Positions 1-8,489 of a stretch of DNA of 21,929 nt are shown piece by piece. Every line of letters begins with the position of its first letter. The first letter of the stretch is position 1. The position numbers were made by a program, and so were the translations under genes. The notes under the pieces were generated by a model. The model did not search any database. It was not told where the DNA came from and saw only the letters and a program-made list of their open reading frames with translations. This stretch comes from an uncultured bacterium. GTDB lineage: Bacteria > Zixibacteria > MSB-5A5 > JAABVY01 > JAHJOQ01. The stretch lies in contig CBDUQR010000044.1 in the NCBI GenBank assembly GCA_965369655.1, positions 1-21,929 of the forward strand. Reading direction: 5' to 3'.

Positions 1-567
1 AAGACCATACAAGTGGAAGAAAGTATAGCGGTATATATGTGTCACACCACTAGCGCGTTCATCTTTACCTGGGTAAGCTAACTCTCTGGATTCGTCAGAC
101 AAGACGCCGTTTTCATCTCTCAATCTGGCATGAGAATCGTAGATATCGTCAACCAGAGTAATAACCTTGTCTACTTCGAGGTTATTGATTGACTCACTAC
201 AATATGCAGAGAAAAACTCCCTATTTTGGGTTTGATAGTATATTGCGTGCATAGCGAAGAGTGCATTCTTATGATCTTTAGTCTTGTCAACCAGAAGATT
301 AAATGCTTTTCGCCAAGTTTCTCTGATATAGTTCTTGGGATATCGTAGGAATATCTGTATGCCCCCTAGGCGATTAATTCTCTGAATTTCCGTCTCAATG
401 GTGTCTTGATCAAAATCAAGTTCTTTCAAGTTTGATTCGTGTGCTGAGATAAGGAAATCTTCGAACTTCACGATATGAATTGAATCATCCGCTGATATTG
501 ATTTTGCCACCTTGGTCAAGGCACTGTAGATATTGGTACCGGATATAGCAGTAAATAATGCTCGCAT
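1..567 (-). CDS. P-loop NMP-kinase-fold (archaeal AdkA-like) protein, degenerate Walker A; partial, runs off the left edge
   Basis: Not in the ORF track. Manual translation from ATG at 567 gives 189 codons without a stop: MRALFTAISGTNIYSALTKVAK...IHIVKFEDFL...ALFAMHAIYYQTQNREFFSAY...VDKVITLVDDIYDSHARLRDE.... An in-frame TGA lies 18 codons upstream and GGGA precedes the ATG. The strand-loop start, central 'HA' and 'ITLVDDIYD..ARL' match the AdkA-like kinase pattern. GC is visibly lower (~35-43% in sampled lines). Confidence 0.75.
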   Translation of the reverse strand, partial: MRALFTAISGTNIYSALTKVAKSISADDSIHIVKFEDFLISAHESNLKELDFDQDTIETEIQRINRLGGIQIFLRYPKNYIRETWRKAFNLLVDKTKDHKNALFAMHAIYYQTQNREFFSAYCSESINNLEVDKVITLVDDIYDSHARLRDENGVLSDESRELAYPGKDERASGVTHIYRYTFFHLYGL

Positions 568-626
568 ATCATCCCAACAAATGTGATACTTTAGTTCTAA
601 CCAATTCAAGAACCTAATTCAAGCCA

Positions 627-659
627 GTAGCCCACCTAGAGCACAGCGCCGGGTGGGTT
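627..659 (+). repeat. GTAG-type REP-like palindrome, copy 1
   Basis: GTAG-CCCACC...GGTGGG hairpin; 27/33 identical to 17384-17416. Confidence 0.7.
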
Positions 660-757
660 CATATTAATATTCACTGAAAGAATAGCACTTCGATCATCCA
701 AACGCCAGCGAAAACTCGACCGCATCCAATCCCCCCTTGGGGCAGACGAGACGATAA

Positions 758-1126
758 TCAGAGTGACAGTCTGAGGCCGAACTGGTTGATCGGTTCTGAG
801 ATAAACGTGCCGTAGATTCTCTGGTAGTTCAGGCTCAGATTCGATGTAATATTCTTCACCAGGCTGACTTCGAGATAGTAGTCGTAATTCTGGCCTTCTG
901 TCATGTGCCAGTTGAAATCACCCGTAAACTCGAAGTTGAACCAGGTGAAAGCCTTGAACGAATTGATCGATATGATCTGTAGCGTTTCGCCCATTGACTT
1001 GAAGTCATCATCGCTGTTCTTGTAGAAGGACACTTCGTTCGTGATCGGTGCCAGATTAAATTCATCAGCGCTTGCCGACCCGACTGTGAAAACTACCAGA
1101 ATCATGAATGCAATTGCTCGCGTCAT
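758..1126 (-). CDS. Small secreted beta-rich protein, possible outer-membrane barrel subunit
   Basis: SD GGAGGGAG upstream; Sec signal (MTR-hydrophobic-ASA|DE); alternating amphipathic strands (FTWFNFEFTGDFNW, YYLEVSLVK, LSLNYQRIY, QFGLRLSL). Confidence 0.75.
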   Translation of the reverse strand: MTRAIAFMILVVFTVGSASADEFNLAPITNEVSFYKNSDDDFKSMGETLQIISINSFKAFTWFNFEFTGDFNWHMTEGQNYDYYLEVSLVKNITSNLSLNYQRIYGTFISEPINQFGLRLSL

Positions 1127-1319
1127 CGGTTCTCCCTCCGCATGTTTCTGTTGATCGAGCGACCAATCTACAATAATCCCCGAGATATTGAAAGCGCTAT
1201 GTGCGGTTGGAACAGCAACGGCGCCTGGGCGTACTGATAGAAAGCGGCTTAGTAAGCTCTTGACACTTCGTGCAGTGCGCGCTTTATAGAGGCTGTTCTT
1301 TATTGGACTTGGAACCGTT

Positions 1320-3494
1320 ATGCGAGAACTGTCAATATCATTCGATGGCTATTGGATCGTCGTGGCGATCTGTATCGCGATCGTATTCCTGGCGCTTGTC
1401 TACATATTCTATCGCCGGACCAATCCGCCAATTTCGCGTGGCATGAGGATCACGCTTGGGATTATGCGGTCTGCGGCGATATGCCTGCTTCTGTTCTCGC
1501 TTGCGAGTCCTCTGATTTCATTTCTGACCGTGAGCGAAATGGAACCGCATGTCGCATTGCTCTTCGACAACAGCGAGAGCATCAAAACGGTCGAGGATTT
1601 CGATCTCAAGAAAGGCGTGATCGATTTCTACGCAGAGAACCCCCTGCCGGGCCAAACGACGGGATTCATACGCGATGATTTCTCATTTGCAGATTCACTC
1701 GCGGATTTGACGCCTCCACTTACTCTCGATGCTAAGAGCACAGCATTGGGGGAATGTCTGAGCGCTCTTCGGGATCGGTACGTTGGTCTTAATCTCAGGT
1801 CGGTGATCGTGTTCTCCGACGGTCTGGTCAACAGCGGCGCGAGTCCTCTGAAAGCGGCTGCCGAACTCCAGGTCCCCGTGCATACGGTCGACCTCGGACC
1901 GCAGAAATCGTCTAATGACATCAGGATTGTGGAACTCGTTCACGACGATGTCGCCTACGCGGGAAAGACCGCACAGATCGAAATCGAGGTTGAATCGAGC
2001 GGGTTCGAACAAGTGCGGATACCCGTATCGATCAGTTCACGGGGCAGGACCCTTTCGACGAAAGAGATCAGGCTGTCCGGCAATCGAGCGCGACAGAGCG
2101 TGCAAATCGAATTCGTGCCGCCGGACGAGGGAGTCTCTACGTTCACCGTATCTCTTCCTGCACAGCCGGATGAAGAGTTGACAGACAACAACGGTCGAAC
2201 GTTCAGGATGAAAGTTCTTAAGTCGAAGCAGAGAGTCCTGCTCGCGGCAGGTTATCTGAGTTGGGAGTTGACGTTTCTCAAGAGAATCCTCGATCAGTCC
2301 GAGGACTACGAGTACGACCTATCGGTCTTCGATCGAAACGGTAATCTGAAGACAGCTCCGTTCGCGTCATCGCCTGAGGAACTGAGAAAGTACGATCTCA
2401 TTGTTCTGATCGACTATGCTCCATCTATACTCGCCTCGAAAGTCAGCGGCCTTAGGCGTTATGTCGAAGACTACGGCGGTGCGGTGATGTTTATGCTCGG
2501 TACCGAGTTCTCCCGATCAAGTCCGGCGGGAAAGCTCGCAGAGATGCTGCCATTCGATTTATCCGAGTCTGTGCTGGCGCATCCCGGCAGTGAGTTTCAT
2601 CTTCGGCTGACCGAGGCGGGCAAGTACCATCCGGTGATGCGGATTGATGATGAGACGGCAGATTTGCAGAGCGTATGGAATGATCTCCCACCGTTTCAAT
2701 TGTACCTGACCGCCGGCATGGAAAAACCTGGCACGACCGTGCTGGCTGTGCATCCGGAGCCGGACTATCATGGTCGTCTGATTCCTCTCGTAACCGCGAG
2801 TCGTGTCGGTCGCGGCAAATTACTGACAACATGCGTTGCGCCCGTATGGAGAATCGATTTCGTGTCGCGCGACAATGGCGGGACAGGCAATCGTTACCGC
2901 AGGTTTATCGACAATTGCATCAAGTGGCTGGCGACCAAAGAAGACGCTCAGCGTTTGCGGGTGTGGCCGGACGAATCTGTGTTCAGATCAGGAGAGCATG
3001 TCACGTTCTCGGCGTCTCTGTATGACGAGAGCTACCAGGCGTTGTCAGACGCCTCGGCTATTCTTACAGTCTATCCCGATTCAGGCGTTGCGGGCGATAC
3101 GCTCATCTCAACGATGGTGATGACCGCCCACGGCAAGCTGAGATCAGATTTCCACCTGCTGGATGAGGGTTCCTGGCGGTATTCTGCAGAAGTCAGGCGC
3201 GGGGATAATGTCGAAACGATCATCGAGGGTGATTTCCTGGTCGAGGCGTTCTCGCTCGAAGAGGAAACACTATATGAAGATGACAATCTCCTGGCCGAGC
3301 TTGCAGCCGCAACCGGTGGCCGGAATATGCCTCTGTCGATGATCGACAGCCTGGCTGGTCTGTTTGATCTCGGCTCATCCGAGAAGCGAATATGGCACGA
3401 ATTCCCTCTCTCGAATCACTGGATTGTGCTTCTTGCGGTACTGGTTCTGCTTTCGGCGGAATGGGCAATGCGGAAAAGGCTGGAGCTACTCTGA
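1320..3494 (+). CDS. vWA-domain membrane protein (two N-terminal TMs, vWA, Ig/CARDB-like, GATase-like domain, C-terminal TM)
   Basis: MIDAS elements DNSES, T(ALG), VFSDG; 'EELTDNN' Ig-end motif; 'YDLIVL' GATase-like domain; C-terminal 'LLSAEWAMRKR' typical of this family. Confidence 0.85.
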   Translation: MRELSISFDGYWIVVAICIAIVFLALVYIFYRRTNPPISRGMRITLGIMRSAAICLLLFSLASPLISFLTVSEMEPHVALLFDNSESIKTVEDFDLKKGVIDFYAENPLPGQTTGFIRDDFSFADSLADLTPPLTLDAKSTALGECLSALRDRYVGLNLRSVIVFSDGLVNSGASPLKAAAELQVPVHTVDLGPQKSSNDIRIVELVHDDVAYAGKTAQIEIEVESSGFEQVRIPVSISSRGRTLSTKEIRLSGNRARQSVQIEFVPPDEGVSTFTVSLPAQPDEELTDNNGRTFRMKVLKSKQRVLLAAGYLSWELTFLKRILDQSEDYEYDLSVFDRNGNLKTAPFASSPEELRKYDLIVLIDYAPSILASKVSGLRRYVEDYGGAVMFMLGTEFSRSSPAGKLAEMLPFDLSESVLAHPGSEFHLRLTEAGKYHPVMRIDDETADLQSVWNDLPPFQLYLTAGMEKPGTTVLAVHPEPDYHGRLIPLVTASRVGRGKLLTTCVAPVWRIDFVSRDNGGTGNRYRRFIDNCIKWLATKEDAQRLRVWPDESVFRSGEHVTFSASLYDESYQALSDASAILTVYPDSGVAGDTLISTMVMTAHGKLRSDFHLLDEGSWRYSAEVRRGDNVETIIEGDFLVEAFSLEEETLYEDDNLLAELAAATGGRNMPLSMIDSLAGLFDLGSSEKRIWHEFPLSNHWIVLLAVLVLLSAEWAMRKRLELL

Positions 3495-4760
3495 ATTTCG
3501 ATGGATGAGTTTGACTATTACCTTGTCGATCCTCTGACCATCCATCTTCTCAACGAGAAACTCGAAATGATCGTTTGATACCACCTGCCCTGTCCGAGGA
3601 AGACTGCCGACCAGATCATAGATAAGACCGCCGACCGTCTCAAACTCAGGATTTTCGATATCGATGTCCGCGAATTCGGCAAATTTTTCCACCGAGACAT
3701 TTGCATCGACTCTGAATGAGCCATTATCGAGTCTGACTATGTCGGCTTCCTCGATGTCATGCTCGTCCTGGATGTCGCCGACAATAATCTCGATAACATC
3801 CTCCAACGTGATAAGACCTGAAGTGCCGCCGTATTCGTCGATTACGATTGCCATGTGGTTCCGCGTTATCTTCAGTTCATCAAGAAGATCGGATGTCAGC
3901 TTCGAATCGGGGACAAAGTACGGAGTGCGAAGGTAGTCGAGCAGGTTGAAATCGTTCTCTGGAAGGGGAAACCTGCCGAACAGATCTTTGACATACATGA
4001 TGCCTCTGATCTTGTCGAGGTCATCCTCAAACACGGGGAATCTCGAATGTCCCGAAGCTATGACAATCTTCTGAATTTCCTCGAAGTCAGCGGTGTGAGG
4101 AATTCCGATGATCTCCGTCCTCGGCACCATTATCTCCATAACCGTGGTTTGATCGAGCTCGAAAATGTTGCCGATCATTTCCTTTTCATCTTCCTCCACC
4201 AGCGGTTCCTCGAGTCCGGCAGACTCCGCCAGGGATTCTATGGCACGCTCGACCATGTCCTCTTTCTGCTCTTCCGATAGTTGCTCTCTCTTGTATTTTT
4301 CGGTCATGAGGTTTACGAGACTCACAAACGGATTGAAGAAATTAAACAGCAGGCGAACCAGCGAGAGTCTGTCCTTGAGTGTCGAGTCGACCCATTTGTT
4401 CGGTACACGCTTTGACATAGTCTGGGCTATGACGAGATTGATCGTCAGTGTAAGAATCAGAGCCAGTCCTGATGCGAAAAGATACAGTATGCGATTCTCG
4501 AAAGTGAAACTGCCCACAACAGCGAGTGCAGCAGCAGTCGTAACGATTACCGTGAAATTGTCAAAGAACATCACAAAATGATTGAAAGTCGGGAGGTCAT
4601 CGAACAGGGCGTTGAGCTTCCGCCGTCTGGTTTCATCGAGATCATCGAATACCTCGCCTTCGGCATTGTCAAAGAGGTAAAGCCCGAACTGGAATACGTT
4701 CACCGTGAACGACAGATAGATCACAAACAGGTACAGGACTATGATCGCTGCAATAATCAT
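3486..4760 (-). CDS. Hemolysin/CorC family protein (CNNM TM domain, CBS pair, CorC_HlyC)
   Basis: Motifs EIMVPR, SGHSRFPV, HMAIVIDEYGGTSGLITLEDVIEIIVGDIQDEHD, ETVGG. ATGA overlap with the ybeY stop. Confidence 0.93.
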   Translation of the reverse strand: MIIAAIIVLYLFVIYLSFTVNVFQFGLYLFDNAEGEVFDDLDETRRRKLNALFDDLPTFNHFVMFFDNFTVIVTTAAALAVVGSFTFENRILYLFASGLALILTLTINLVIAQTMSKRVPNKWVDSTLKDRLSLVRLLFNFFNPFVSLVNLMTEKYKREQLSEEQKEDMVERAIESLAESAGLEEPLVEEDEKEMIGNIFELDQTTVMEIMVPRTEIIGIPHTADFEEIQKIVIASGHSRFPVFEDDLDKIRGIMYVKDLFGRFPLPENDFNLLDYLRTPYFVPDSKLTSDLLDELKITRNHMAIVIDEYGGTSGLITLEDVIEIIVGDIQDEHDIEEADIVRLDNGSFRVDANVSVEKFAEFADIDIENPEFETVGGLIYDLVGSLPRTGQVVSNDHFEFLVEKMDGQRIDKVIVKLIHRNSE

Positions 4761-5200
4761 GATTTACCGTATAGAATGTTAAGATAGTGTGTCTGTCTGT
4801 CAATCATCGCATTGAATTTGCGCATGGTCTCGTGAGTGTAACCGAGTATATGCAGGATACCGTGAGACGTGAGAAAAAGCAACTCGTCTGCGAGTTCATG
4901 TCCGGCCCTGCGAGCCTGCTTCGCGGCCTGTGGTACGGATATGTATATTTCGCCCGCGATAGAGGGAGGCTGGTCGCCTTCGTCGTCGTCGAATGAGAAT
5001 GAAAGCACGTCTGTGGTCTTGTTGACTCCACGGTATTTCGAGTTGAGAGTCTTCATCCGGGCGTCGCCGATGAGAACGATGTTCACCGATCCGCGCATTC
5101 TTTCGCCTCGAAAAACGATCTCCGCGAGTTTAGCCATTCGTCTCGATGGAATTGGTTTCGTTCCGGTCGTGTTTATCACTGTCGAAAAGACTCGCTTCAC
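4757..5200 (-). CDS. ybeY: rRNA maturation endoribonuclease YbeY
   Basis: LNSKYRG..KTTDVLSF, GEIYIS, HGILHILGYTH (HxxxHxxxxxH). GTG start overlaps the upstream stop (GTGA). Confidence 0.97.
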   Translation of the reverse strand: MKRVFSTVINTTGTKPIPSRRMAKLAEIVFRGERMRGSVNIVLIGDARMKTLNSKYRGVNKTTDVLSFSFDDDEGDQPPSIAGEIYISVPQAAKQARRAGHELADELLFLTSHGILHILGYTHETMRKFNAMIDRQTHYLNILYGKS

Positions 5201-7413
5201 TCTTCTTCCTCCTTGTGAGGATAGTCTATACGAGCGTGGAACACGCCGATTAGCATGCTTGCAAAACTCTCCTCGATCAGACCGAGATCATGCATTGTCA
5301 ACGCCGAATGCGACAGTTCACCCGCCTGGAACTTATCATTTATTATACGCTTGATGACATTTCTGATCCTGCTCGGCTTCGGATCATCGAGGCTTCTGCT
5401 GGCGGCCTCGACCGAGTCTGCGAGCATCAATATCGCTGTCTCGCGTGAATTCGGCCTGGGACCCGGATAACGAAAATCATCTTCGCTCAATTCACGCTCT
5501 TCTCCCGATTCCTTCGCCTTGCTGTAAAAGTACGTCATCAGTGTCGTTCCATGATGCTCCTCGATAAAGTCGATGATCCTGTCAGGGAGGTTGAATTCTT
5601 CGGCGAGTTCCACTCCCTTCTTGATGTGCGACCCGATGATCAGCGCACTCATGCTTGGCACGAGCTTCTCATGCTTGTTCTTGATCCCGCTCTGGTTCTC
5701 GATGAAATACTCCGCTATTTCCATCTTTCCGATGTCATGATAATACGCGCCCACTCTTGCCAGCAGCGGATTTGCGCCAATCGCTTCGGAAGCCTTTTCG
5801 CAGAGATTTCCGACGACAATGGAATGATGGTATGTGCCGGGGGCCTCAATCGCCAGCCGTCTCAGCAAAGGATGGTTCATGTCAGAGAGTTCGAGCAGAG
5901 TCACATCGGTCGAAAGATTGAAGATCGACTCGAACAGCGGCAGGAAACCCATGACGAGTATCGGCGACAGGACAGCATTGAGTATCCCATAGCCGAACTC
6001 CTCGGCCATCAGTCGCGGCTCAGTGAATCTAAGGTATTCGAGCAGATAGATGACTGCTAAATATGTAATAGCGATATAGAGGATCGATCGATAGAAATCC
6101 GATCGCTGCCTGACCACCCGCACCGAAAAACAGGCAACCGAACCGACTGCGAGATTAACCAAAGCGTACGAAAAGTCGAAATTGTGGAGAATGCCGGCAG
6201 TCATGGCCAGCGTGAACGTCGCCATCAGGCCTATCTCAAGCCCGAACAGTATTGCGAACAGCAGTGAGCTTATGGCAAAGGGTACCAGGTAAAAAGAGAG
6301 GTCGAGCTTGAATCCGACAATATAGTTGAGTATCACCTGCAGGAGGATCAGGAAGAGAATTGCTGAAAAATACAGGTTCGTGAATGCTTCCCTGCGTTTG
6401 AAGAAGTAGAGAAAGGCTGCGAAAATCGAAAGGACGAATCCTATGAAAGCGGCGCGCGTCATCACTGGAAAGATAAAGCGCCAGAAGCTTGCATGTTCCT
6501 CGGTTGTGGCCCTGTACTCGGCGAGAGCATCGAGCCATTTCAGGTGAACCGATTCAACTTTGTGATTACGCCTCAGGATGATATCTCCTGCTTTGAAAGA
6601 CAATTCTTCCCTCGGTATTTGGGCGATGGCAAGTGTCTTTTCCCGTTCCGTCTGCATATGATCAACCGTCAGTGTCGGCTTCGCAAGCAGACTGACAACC
6701 CTGCCGAGGCGTTCGCTTAGAACAGTGTCTGCGACGTCGAAAGATCGCGCGATGAGTTGCTCGACATCAGCCAGAGTCGCTACCTGATCGCGCAGCAGGT
6801 TGGTGCGTTCACCTGACCTGATGATTGCTACTTTTTGATGCTCCGTTTCGAGCAGGACGGAGCCGTCTGCGATCACTCCGGCGTAATAGAGGTCTTCGAC
6901 CGACCTGCGAAGGGCGTCCCTGATGTTCTCGATTGAATCGATCGAGAGGAATTCGCTGGCAGTCGGCTCATCTAACTCCGGGAACATCAGGCGTAGTTGC
7001 CTTATCTTGTAGCTCAACTGAGTCCTGGAGCGCTGCAATGTCGCCGCCGCCGAGATCAGGGAATCGAGCCGAACCACGACGCTGTCATACTTGAACTCGT
7101 TGAAATCCATCACGAGCGGCACATTCCTGACCGTCTCTCGAATCTCCTGCCTTAGTATCTCCGGGCTTTTCTCGACAGGAAAATCGATCGGCGCGATCAG
7201 GTCCTCTGTGGCGATGTCGCCGATCTTCGGAGCGGAAATTGGCATGAACGAGATTCGCAGCGGATATATGGCCGTGATCAGGCCGGTGACAATGATCAGC
7301 GCGAGTATCTTGAACCCAAATCGGGGCGGCGGATCAACGCCATTCGACCGGGTCCGCGTAAGCCGAAGCTTTACCCTGATAATTCTCTTGAGTCGTTGAA
7401 GCAATCTGAACAT
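5197..7413 (-). CDS. 7TM-HD (HDIG) phosphohydrolase, PgpH/YqfF-like putative c-di-AMP phosphodiesterase
   Basis: N-terminal TM, large extracytoplasmic domain, 7 TMs, then APGTYHHS, GAYYHDIGK, HHGT, FRYPGPRP, LADSVEAASRSL. Canonical position between phoH and ybeY. Confidence 0.93.
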   Translation of the reverse strand: MFRLLQRLKRIIRVKLRLTRTRSNGVDPPPRFGFKILALIIVTGLITAIYPLRISFMPISAPKIGDIATEDLIAPIDFPVEKSPEILRQEIRETVRNVPLVMDFNEFKYDSVVVRLDSLISAAATLQRSRTQLSYKIRQLRLMFPELDEPTASEFLSIDSIENIRDALRRSVEDLYYAGVIADGSVLLETEHQKVAIIRSGERTNLLRDQVATLADVEQLIARSFDVADTVLSERLGRVVSLLAKPTLTVDHMQTEREKTLAIAQIPREELSFKAGDIILRRNHKVESVHLKWLDALAEYRATTEEHASFWRFIFPVMTRAAFIGFVLSIFAAFLYFFKRREAFTNLYFSAILFLILLQVILNYIVGFKLDLSFYLVPFAISSLLFAILFGLEIGLMATFTLAMTAGILHNFDFSYALVNLAVGSVACFSVRVVRQRSDFYRSILYIAITYLAVIYLLEYLRFTEPRLMAEEFGYGILNAVLSPILVMGFLPLFESIFNLSTDVTLLELSDMNHPLLRRLAIEAPGTYHHSIVVGNLCEKASEAIGANPLLARVGAYYHDIGKMEIAEYFIENQSGIKNKHEKLVPSMSALIIGSHIKKGVELAEEFNLPDRIIDFIEEHHGTTLMTYFYSKAKESGEERELSEDDFRYPGPRPNSRETAILMLADSVEAASRSLDDPKPSRIRNVIKRIINDKFQAGELSHSALTMHDLGLIEESFASMLIGVFHARIDYPHKEEEE

Positions 7414-7428
7414 GGAGACCGGACCGTC

Positions 7429-8397
7429 CTACCTCTTCTTCCTCTTCTCGTGCTTTTCATACGCCTTGATTATATCCCTGACAAGACGATGGCGAACCAC
7501 ATCCGTTTCATCCAGGTATATGAATTTGACGCCTGATATGTCTTTGAGGATTGTTCTCGCGGTCCTGAGACCGGATGTTTTGTTCTTATCGAGGTCCACC
7601 TGTGTGATGTCGCCAGTGATGATTGCGCGCGAGTTTGTCCCAAGTCGAGTCAGGAACATCTTCATCTGAGCCGTCGTGGCATTCTGTGCTTCGTCAAGAA
7701 TGACAAAGGAACTGTTCAGAGTCCTTCCGCGCATGAACGCCAGCGGAACGATCTCGATCACTCCGAGTTCCATCAGTTTCTTGATCTTCTCAGGTTCGAC
7801 CAGGTCGTGCAGGGCATCGTAGACGGGCCGAAGGTACGGATCGACCTTCGCTCGAATGTCGCCCGGCAGGAATCCGAGCGATTCGCCCGCCTCGACTGCA
7901 GGACGGGCCAATACGATTCTCTGCACAGTCTTTTTCTTCAACTCGGCCACCGCCATAGCCACGGCAAGATAGGTCTTGCCGGTTCCTGCAGGACCAATGC
8001 AGAACACGATATCAAACTCGCATACAGCCGAGGTGTACCGCTTCTGCCCGAGGGTCTTCGGAGCGATCGGCTCTTTCGAGAGAGTCGATATGACTGTGTC
8101 GACATCGAGTTCCTCAGCAGGTCCCTGTCCGTTCTCCTTTATCATCATTATGGCGTAGAATAGATACCGTTCAGGCAGGTCGAAATTCCGCTTGAGATAT
8201 GTAGAGAGATCTTTGAAAAGACTGACGACTTTGTCGACCTCTTCGCTCACTCCTTCGATGGTAACCTCCGGTCCGCGAGCGAAGATTCTTGCGTCGAACT
8301 GATCCTCTATGATCCTGAGGTTGACGTCATTTCGACCAAAGAGTACTCGTAGATCGACGTCATCCAGACTGATTTGCTTCTTAACAGTCTCTGTCAA
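7429..8397 (-). CDS. phoH: PhoH family ATPase (YbeZ-like)
   Basis: GPAGTGKT, RPAVEAGESLGFLPGD, PLAFMRGRTL, DEAQN, GDITQVDL, DVVRHRLV. TTG start with AGGAGG upstream. Confidence 0.96.
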   Translation of the reverse strand: MTETVKKQISLDDVDLRVLFGRNDVNLRIIEDQFDARIFARGPEVTIEGVSEEVDKVVSLFKDLSTYLKRNFDLPERYLFYAIMMIKENGQGPAEELDVDTVISTLSKEPIAPKTLGQKRYTSAVCEFDIVFCIGPAGTGKTYLAVAMAVAELKKKTVQRIVLARPAVEAGESLGFLPGDIRAKVDPYLRPVYDALHDLVEPEKIKKLMELGVIEIVPLAFMRGRTLNSSFVILDEAQNATTAQMKMFLTRLGTNSRAIITGDITQVDLDKNKTSGLRTARTILKDISGVKFIYLDETDVVRHRLVRDIIKAYEKHEKRKKR

Positions 8398-8424
8398 ACC
8401 GAAAATACAGCCTCCTGCTGTTCA

Positions 8425-8453
8425 ATAATATACTATATCGGCTTGCGGGTCAA
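8425..8453 (-). promoter_or_regulatory. Sigma70-like promoter for the phoH-HD-ybeY-corC operon
   Basis: TTGACC-N17-TATTAT on the minus strand, followed by the SD. Confidence 0.65.
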
Positions 8454-8489
8454 AGCTCTTTCGCTGAGATACGATACCGATTCAGTTTA

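Noticed and set aside
1260-1290. Promoter for the vWA gene
   Set aside because: Perfect TTGACA but no convincing -10 at 16-18 bp; not listed as a feature.
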